The translations under genes and the position numbers were made by a program. Below the pieces are notes generated by a model that saw nothing but the letters and a program-made list of their open reading frames with translations, made no database searches and had not been told where the DNA came from. A stretch of 64,000 nucleotides of DNA, from positions 3,424,001 through 3,488,000 of the forward strand of contig CH464491.1 in assembly GCA_000002445.1 (NCBI GenBank). Direction: 5' to 3'. This DNA is from Trypanosoma brucei (taxonomy: Eukaryota). Of the stretch, positions 57,398-64,000 are shown piece after piece (the first letter of the stretch is position 1; each line of letters starts with the position of its first letter).

Positions 57398-58810
57398 TCA
57401 CTCATCATCAGAGCTTTGGGGGCATATTTCGTACCGTTTCGTCCGGAGCTGAAAATAATTTTGAATATCTAGGCCTGTTCGATTGAATGTGTACCAACTA
57501 GCTTTGGGCTGCGGCAGACTGTTTCCTAAGCCTTTCTTGGCCATGCAGTACTGGATAGCAAAGGCAACTCCAACGACGAACGCCACTGAACCAACTATCA
57601 AAAAAGTAGCGGCAAACAATGTACCCGATCTTCCAAACATTGATGAGGTACGGAGTAAATATCCCTTAGTGCCATGAAATGTCGTAACATCGAAAAATTC
57701 TTCAATGTCCAAAAAGTAGTTGCCCTCGCGGAGGTCCTCGTCAATAATCCTGAACAGCTTTGAGAAGTTGGAAAGGAAGGCTGCGCGGATCCACACCTGC
57801 ATATCGTAATCTTCCGGGTCCGTCAAACGATGACCTGGTTCGTCGGCATACCAACCGTTCGTGAGATAGACATTATCATTCTTGTGTGGGTACCTCAGCG
57901 ACCACAGCTTCTTGTCGCGTTCTAAGGGCCTAAATCGTATTTTCTCATCGGCGGGCCACGAGATGCCCTTTTTTTTGCATTTGTTGGGAGTTTTGCTTTG
58001 GTAGAGCGGTTCTCCCGTAGGGCCGAAGTCACTGGTGTTACAGATCAATTCGGCTCCTTCGTCCAACTTGACGCTGTCATTTTGGGCACTACTCACATCT
58101 CGGCTGCGGTACAGCACAAAAGTATCATTGAACATGGACCACGGTGCGATTCCGCATGGATTATAAAGGAATTCTTCGTACTTAAGCGTGACATTTTCCC
58201 CATCAACCACAACCTTCACCTCCGTTTTCTCAGCCTTGTTTATGGTGCCAGGTCTTTCGTACGGCTGACATTCGGGGTATGAACCTATGATGCTCCGATG
58301 CCCGCGCAACATGTCCAACGAACGACCCTCGTGAAATGCTCGAAAGTTCTGGTGGAAATTGCCGAGCGTATAGTACAGGTAAACTGGTTTTTTCATGGGT
58401 TTCTCCAACTTAAAACTAACCCGAGTACGTGTCCCTTGTCTATGGACTTCGTTCCCAACATAAAAACTGCGGATTCCCTCATTAATGTTGACCTTAGGGT
58501 CACTTGGGATGTACTGGTACTTGTGAATATGTTGATAGTTACCCCGGACCTCGTAGTGACCGTTGCACGTAATAAACAGTGTGATGCTGATGGGGATGAA
58601 CACGAACGATACCGCGAAAAACAACGGAATGACGTACTGTGGGGCAATGTAGAAGAAAGTAGAGGGAAGCGTCTGCTGGACAATCGGGTTGCCACCATAA
58701 GCTGTTCGACCGTACTTCCCAAAGCACGACCTGCCGCCTTCTCTATCCGTCTCCGTAGATGGGGGTACGTCGATGAATGACGGCAATCTAACCACACCGC
58801 CACGGGCCAT
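57398..58810 (-). CDS. CDC50/LEM3-family protein (P4-ATPase flippase beta subunit), 470 aa
   Basis: N-terminal QQTLPS...P motif before TM1 (YVIPLFFAVSFVFIPISITLFI). Family hallmark VYLYYTLGNFHQNFRAF (LYY.L.NFYQNHRRY). A large Cys- and N-glycan-bearing ectodomain, then TM2 (LFAATFLIVGSVAFVVGVAFAI). ATG verified. Confidence 0.8.
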   Translation of the reverse strand: MARGGVVRLPSFIDVPPSTETDREGGRSCFGKYGRTAYGGNPIVQQTLPSTFFYIAPQYVIPLFFAVSFVFIPISITLFITCNGHYEVRGNYQHIHKYQYIPSDPKVNINEGIRSFYVGNEVHRQGTRTRVSFKLEKPMKKPVYLYYTLGNFHQNFRAFHEGRSLDMLRGHRSIIGSYPECQPYERPGTINKAEKTEVKVVVDGENVTLKYEEFLYNPCGIAPWSMFNDTFVLYRSRDVSSAQNDSVKLDEGAELICNTSDFGPTGEPLYQSKTPNKCKKKGISWPADEKIRFRPLERDKKLWSLRYPHKNDNVYLTNGWYADEPGHRLTDPEDYDMQVWIRAAFLSNFSKLFRIIDEDLREGNYFLDIEEFFDVTTFHGTKGYLLRTSSMFGRSGTLFAATFLIVGSVAFVVGVAFAIQYCMAKKGLGNSLPQPKASWYTFNRTGLDIQNYFQLRTKRYEICPQSSDDE

Positions 58811-59727
58811 GCCAGACCCTCTCCCTAATCCACACCGTCGGAACCGTAAAACCTCTCTCCAAACACAGTTGTTTCCTGAAATCGTTACCCCTCCCCCCTT
58901 TATTACCCTGTTGAGGCAGTGAAAGAATCAATGCAAAAAAAGAGGCAAGGTTGCCTTTCCTATTCTATACAGTCTATACTCCAAACCCTCGCTTTCTCAG
59001 AGATTATGCGCACACACCTGGCCACCCTTGTTCCCTACGCGCGAAGGCCGTTACCCACTCTCCTGGCACCACCTTCTCCTTCGCACTCAGCACGTACTGC
59101 AAAGAGGTAAACTGCATGGAAGAAAAAGAAAATGATGAAAGAGAGTTGGAGATGCATTCACGAAAGCAAATTACAAAAAAGCGCCGGACAAGCATGATGT
59201 GTGTAGTTGACGAGGAGGCCATTAGAATTATTGCGATAGGGATGAAAACAACTGTCCAGACCAAGTTAAGGCGTGCATCACAAATCGAACCCTGGGAAGG
59301 GGGGGGGGGAGGAACGTCGACAAGAACGACGACTACGGACACCGTAAATACTGTGAAATGTGAGTGTGGCACCAGCAAGCAAAGCGAGTACCCCCTCTGG
59401 AACGATGGAATATGTTTTCCTAGGGCTTTGCGGCGGTAGTAGCAATGCCAATATTGGCTAAGACTATGGCCCCCTCTCCTTTTCACACCCAAGCTGAAGT
59501 CCTTGAACCGCTTTTTTCTGAAGCTGAACCAATGGTGCTATACGAGGGGAGTTTCCTCGTTAACCTTTTTGACTGAAAGTTACTTATATGTAATAAAACA
59601 GGGCAGGTATGATGCAGCAATAACCAACAAGCAACACGTGTTACACTAATGTGTGTGCATGTTTTGATTGTGTCAACGCTATTTCCAGCCTGGGTCGGCG
59701 ATGTGTTTTAAATGTGGTATCAAGTGA

Positions 59728-60756
59728 TCAACAACTGAGCCGACTGTTGATTAGTCCTTCCAGCAGACGTACCGCTTCGGCCTCTTGCAAACACCTCCCC
59801 CGCAGCAAGTCCTCCGCATCACTGCATCCATCACCATTTGCTCTAGATGAAAAGCTGACATGCCTAGAATAAGCTGCTACACGGCCCTTCCTTCTAGCGA
59901 GAGCGATGTGCAGTTCATCCAGCAGTTCACCGTGCCTTGCTTCGGCTAATCGGAGCTTGCGATTGTAAGCGTTGATCTTGGTCTGCAAAATATTCTCGAC
60001 CGAATAAAGTGCGCCCCGCCCACCACCTTTGATGGCATTGGCACAACTGCTGCCAGCACACCTCTGTTCCGGTCGATCGGACGCTCGGCCCGTAGCTTTG
60101 TTTCCTTCGGTATTTCCCCGTCGTTTTGCGGTTGCTTCCCGCGCCTTTTTGACTGCCGCTTCCACTTCCGCGAGACGGTCACGCAGTTGATCATTTTCGT
60201 TATCAAGATTCCGCACCTGACGAGTGAGGCGCCGCGTGGCTTCCTCCAAATGCATGTGCAGTACCTTCTTCTTGTCGAATTCTGCCTTCTTTTCTTCGTG
60301 GATAGCGGATTGCCTTTGTATTTCGCTCTGCAGGTACAATATTCTTGCTTCTACACCAACATCCAACTGACGCAGCGCGTCACTCGCCTCCAAATATCGC
60401 ATAACCTTCCCGGTGTTGCACACTTCCAGTGAGGATGAACTTGCTGTTCCGACCGGAGGTGTGGTCTCCAGATGTTGCCGCGCTGGACTCGCGGATGGCG
60501 ACGCGGGGGAACACTCCGTCAACTCCGAGGGGAGAGATGACTCTGGTGATACCGACACGTTCTCGTCAACCAACCCCATATGAAAACACCCTTGCGATTG
60601 CGTTGTTTCATCCCCCGTATTTCTTTGCTGTTGGCCTTCGCTATCAGTCACTGTTTTCGGTGAGGCTGTGAGCGACTCCCATGATACCAAAGACCCTGTG
60701 GAGTCCTGCGGCGGTTTCTTTGCTAATTCCCGCTGATTAGTACTTCCCAGGGGCAT
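59728..60756 (-). CDS. Hypothetical coiled-coil protein, 342 aa
   Basis: ATG verified. The central region is rich in E/R/L heptad-like repeats. Confidence 0.5.
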   Translation of the reverse strand: MPLGSTNQRELAKKPPQDSTGSLVSWESLTASPKTVTDSEGQQQRNTGDETTQSQGCFHMGLVDENVSVSPESSLPSELTECSPASPSASPARQHLETTPPVGTASSSSLEVCNTGKVMRYLEASDALRQLDVGVEARILYLQSEIQRQSAIHEEKKAEFDKKKVLHMHLEEATRRLTRQVRNLDNENDQLRDRLAEVEAAVKKAREATAKRRGNTEGNKATGRASDRPEQRCAGSSCANAIKGGGRGALYSVENILQTKINAYNRKLRLAEARHGELLDELHIALARRKGRVAAYSRHVSFSSRANGDGCSDAEDLLRGRCLQEAEAVRLLEGLINSRLSC

Positions 60757-61417
60757 TTGCTCACTCTCAGAGTTCCCCTCCTAACCTTTTTTTTGTTACA
60801 GGATTTCCTTCTGTTTCTCTATGCTGAGTGTCAAAAAAGCGTGGAGGGAAGGACCCGACAGTGCATTCATCAGCCTACAAAACATTACACCACCACGCGC
60901 AAATACCTATCGATCTGTATAAATGTGAACTGGGACCATTAGAGGCGTTTAACATTCTGTCGGGGGGGGGGGGGCGCCTCTGGGCACTGTTGTACGTTAA
61001 ATAAAGAAAAGTGAAAACGACAACAGAGGCAATACCACCCGACATATGTGGTGTAAAAAAAAAAAGTCCGACCGCTCTGCTTCCCCTCCCTCTTTTGTGC
61101 AACAGGAGTGCTATACGACTCGTCGGTGGCAGCACACACTTCCCCAAAAACTAATGATGCACGCGTTAGTAGCGCACACCCAACTTTTGAGATATTTTGA
61201 TGGTCTGTCGAGGCGAGGTGTGCGTTTGCATGTGCGTAGGACATGATAGCCGACGCTGTGGAGGTCCTACCATGCCATCCTAATCCACGTGCTTAAACCC
61301 GCACATAACGAGCTGTGCATAATGTACAACTCTGTAAACGTTTGTTCTCACCCCGACTCTTTCACACGTTCACTCACTCTTTCCCTCTTCGTTATCGTTA
61401 TCGTGACAGTCAGTTGC

Positions 61418-63337
61418 TCACTGGCCTTCCATTAAAAGACAATCTCCTGACTGTTCAATTTTCTCGTCTATATTTGAGTAGATGCGATCGCTCAATTCCC
61501 CTTCCTCCGCGTTCCCCGACACCACTTTGAGAATCGTCCACACAAGTTCGTGGTTTCCGAGAATGTCAACGTGATCTCCACTTGACGATCCCCCGCGGAG
61601 ATTCATCGACGATCCCGAGCTGTGTTTATGTTCCCGTGTGATAACGCGGCCAACGTCACGCTTCCACCCATTTTTTGCACGACACATGTACCCCAAAGAC
61701 AAAAGCGGCACAGTTCCATCTCCATCCCCATTAATCACCCCATTAACGATATGCTCCCCTTCGTTGTAGGTGTCATCCACTGCCTCGTCCTCGCCCAAAA
61801 CATATCCGATCTCCGTCTTCCTGTCTACGCCATAAAGACAAAAAACTGTCGTGTTGGGTGCTTTGGGCAAGTTGGGTCGCTTCCCGAACCGGCCCAACAC
61901 CTCACGTGCTTGTTTCACAACCGCAACATGGCCGCTTTCATTCAGCCGCCTTGTAAGTAGTCGGATGGCTTCCTTCGGTGGTAGAACCGTACCGTTGTGA
62001 AGCCTCAATATCTGTGGGTGCACCCCCTCGCAGCCACTGGGAAGCATGGCAGCCTGGCACGACCACGTGCGAAACGTTTCCGTACGGAGGTTACGGGAAA
62101 AATAATTCTCCAGGATCGCCCGTGCAGTGCCCGGTAGCGCAAGGGTATCTTTGGCCTCACCTGACAGAAGCGCCGAGACGGTTTTGGAAACTCCCATCGT
62201 CGTTCCGCCGATGTTAATCCAATTAGCAACGTGCTTGTTCGTCCACCCTGCCTCGTGCTCGTCAGCCCAGCGTAAAAAATCCACAACAACGAGACTACCA
62301 TAGCTGTGGGAAACAATAACAACTCGCTCCTCGTTTTTATGGTAGAGATACATCAGATAATTTTTCAAGTGATAATAGTATCCATCACGGCGGTGGATTC
62401 CGCGCGGCGATAACCTCCAGTCATAACTAGATATGCCCATGCTCTGCGGATCATAGCCAATATCAGCAAGGTTCACGAAGATCTTGGCCCACACCCAATA
62501 CCCCGGCATAAAAAAGTCTGCGGCGCCGAAACCCATATCAGGTCGGATTTTTACCCCTGGCGGGTCGAAGCCTGTGCCCTTGTCCAGCGAAAAGAGCTTC
62601 ATATAACACGCTGGGTCTGTGGCAAGAAGAAACAACATGGATGGACCAAACATACGCTGGCGAAATCTCGATGAATATGCCTGGGAGGTCGTACACTCAA
62701 CGACGTCCTGCCACACCTCGAGCGCTGTCGAAATGAAACCCGGAATAATCATAACGGGATGCTTTCGACGCATAGTATGGTTTTGCAAAAACCTGACTCC
62801 TGGCCGATCGGCGTCCGCCACAACAAATGAGTCCGTCAGAGACGAAATTTCCTCCTGGAAGTTGTGGTACCCGAGTAGAACGGCAATCACTAAGAAGACG
62901 AACATCACCCGACGGCGCGTGAAGAAATCAATCAGATACATTACAGGCCTTTTTGCCGCCACCAGCGCATCACAACCCACATCCCAAAGGACAGGCACGT
63001 CATCGGCCGGTGAGCTCCTGGCAGTTCCCTTGAAGAGGAACATCGCTAGTGCTCGTTCTACTTGTGACTGGCATTTCCATGCTATTTCAGACCCTTCGTC
63101 ACAGTCGCACCCGTTGGGGCTCCTTGTTACATCTTTTCGCATATTGTTATCTGTGTTGTTGGACTGTGACGTGTGCCTCATGGGGCTTTCCTCGACTCCG
63201 TCACTTCGCCCCATGTGGGGGCTCACCGGTGACGCGTCTGCAGTTCCAACTGTGGCGGGTTCGTCTTTATGTGACTTTTCCTTGCCATTTTTATTATTTT
63301 TCGCTGCACGGTGGTTTGCCATATGTTTGTAAGTCAT
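61418..63337 (-). CDS. LCAT/PDAT-family alpha/beta hydrolase (a lecithin:cholesterol or phospholipid:diacylglycerol acyltransferase-like, or phospholipase A-like, enzyme), 639 aa
   Basis: HPVMIIPGFISTALEVW plus the nucleophile elbow VIVSHSYGSLVV (GHSxG-like). An N-terminal transmembrane helix (MFVFLVIAVLLGY). ATG verified. Confidence 0.7.
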   Translation of the reverse strand: MTYKHMANHRAAKNNKNGKEKSHKDEPATVGTADASPVSPHMGRSDGVEESPMRHTSQSNNTDNNMRKDVTRSPNGCDCDEGSEIAWKCQSQVERALAMFLFKGTARSSPADDVPVLWDVGCDALVAAKRPVMYLIDFFTRRRVMFVFLVIAVLLGYHNFQEEISSLTDSFVVADADRPGVRFLQNHTMRRKHPVMIIPGFISTALEVWQDVVECTTSQAYSSRFRQRMFGPSMLFLLATDPACYMKLFSLDKGTGFDPPGVKIRPDMGFGAADFFMPGYWVWAKIFVNLADIGYDPQSMGISSYDWRLSPRGIHRRDGYYYHLKNYLMYLYHKNEERVVIVSHSYGSLVVVDFLRWADEHEAGWTNKHVANWINIGGTTMGVSKTVSALLSGEAKDTLALPGTARAILENYFSRNLRTETFRTWSCQAAMLPSGCEGVHPQILRLHNGTVLPPKEAIRLLTRRLNESGHVAVVKQAREVLGRFGKRPNLPKAPNTTVFCLYGVDRKTEIGYVLGEDEAVDDTYNEGEHIVNGVINGDGDGTVPLLSLGYMCRAKNGWKRDVGRVITREHKHSSGSSMNLRGGSSSGDHVDILGNHELVWTILKVVSGNAEEGELSDRIYSNIDEKIEQSGDCLLMEGQ

Positions 63338-63606
63338 GCGCCGTCGACCTGCTACACCTTCCGCTCCCCTTCGCGCCTAACGCAGCCCTTCTAACTTGGT
63401 TCCAAGCTACGTTTGCTAAATGATTGGACAATGCACACAGACACACACACGGGCACAAGTGGTTGCGTGAAAAGTGTAAGAAGGTGTGGATAAAGCAGCA
63501 ACACATTCCGCAGCGATTTGGGAGGAGAGAGGGGCACAACATATTTATTGAAGGGGTTTGTACTATTACATACGGAGTCCGCCGCAAGCAAAACGTGTAT
63601 TTATGT

Positions 63607-63631
63607 TATATATATATATATATATATATAT
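63607..63631 (+). repeat. (TA)n microsatellite; further TA runs at 63841-63860 and 63978-63990
   Basis: Direct read. Confidence 0.9.
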
Positions 63632-64000
63632 GTACATATGTGTGGGGATGCATGGCTCGATGAACAAAAGAAAAAGAAAGGGAAAGAAAGGGGACAAAAA
63701 TTGTGGAGGAGTTGAACCCCCCCCCTCACAAACATGCGTCCGGTCCCACACACTTACGCGTCAGCAGCGGCTGTGAATAACCCGCTCCCCCCACCTTGAG
63801 ATATGTTCAGAAGGAGTGAATTGGGTGAATTCTCCATGAATATATATATATATATATATTCACCTACTTCATCTGCTGCTTGTTTTTATTGTTTTCTTTT
63901 TTTATTTCACTTTTTAACTTTTGTTTTCTCCCTTTCACCACTTTCTCTTACTTCGTTGAAGCTATCTTCCCATCGTATATATATATATTTTAAAATTCTC

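Noticed and set aside
1-64000. Prokaryotic-style systems (CRISPR, toxin-antitoxin, operons, IS elements)
   Set aside because: The sequence is eukaryotic (kinetoplastid). It shows unidirectional polycistronic genes, Pol III tRNAs with T-run terminators and polypyrimidine-AG trans-splice contexts. No direct-repeat/spacer arrays and no transposase ORFs.

Overview
This window looks like a kinetoplastid (trypanosome) nuclear chromosome segment. The 839-bp calmodulin tandem unit, the codon and UTR style, and the polypyrimidine-AG signals make it most consistent with the Trypanosoma brucei group; that assignment is an inference, since no database was searched.

Every convincing protein-coding gene is on the minus strand, so the window reads as one right-to-left polycistronic unit. 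In order of coordinate:
- a tandem array of four calmodulin genes;
- an NEMF/Rqc2 (NFACT) ribosome quality-control homolog;
- the selenocysteine synthase SepSecS;
- hypothetical proteins, including a Ser-rich one with an N-terminal YxxxxL-hydrophobic motif;
- EF-1 gamma, present as two near-identical copies 42.4 kb apart;
- a PUB-domain protein;
- a membrane-bound histidine acid phosphatase;
- a UEV (TSG101-like) plus RING protein;
- a CDC50/LEM3 flippase subunit;
- an LCAT/PDAT-like lipase/acyltransferase.

Two ORF-poor islands interrupt the unit, at about 25.3-33.0 kb and 41.5-49.8 kb. Each island carries Pol III tRNA genes: His-Glu-Phe on the plus strand in the first, and Ala and Arg on the minus strand with a divergent Phe on the plus strand in the second. 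The two islands share a mosaic of repeats:
- a 491-bp module made of tRNA-Phe plus a structured tail that ends in T8;
- a 155-bp repeat;
- 1.4-kb direct repeats that flank the acid phosphatase gene and differ in (CA)n length;
- an inverted repeat of about 1.5 kb whose arms bracket the second tRNA cluster, whose right arm is interrupted and partly tandemly duplicated next to a 100-N scaffold gap, and whose left arm carries a 155-bp pseudogene fragment of the neighbouring gene.

No prokaryotic features such as CRISPR, operons or insertion sequences are present.

The ORF track reports M for non-ATG first codons (TTG, GTG), so several ORF starts were trimmed to the first in-frame ATG.
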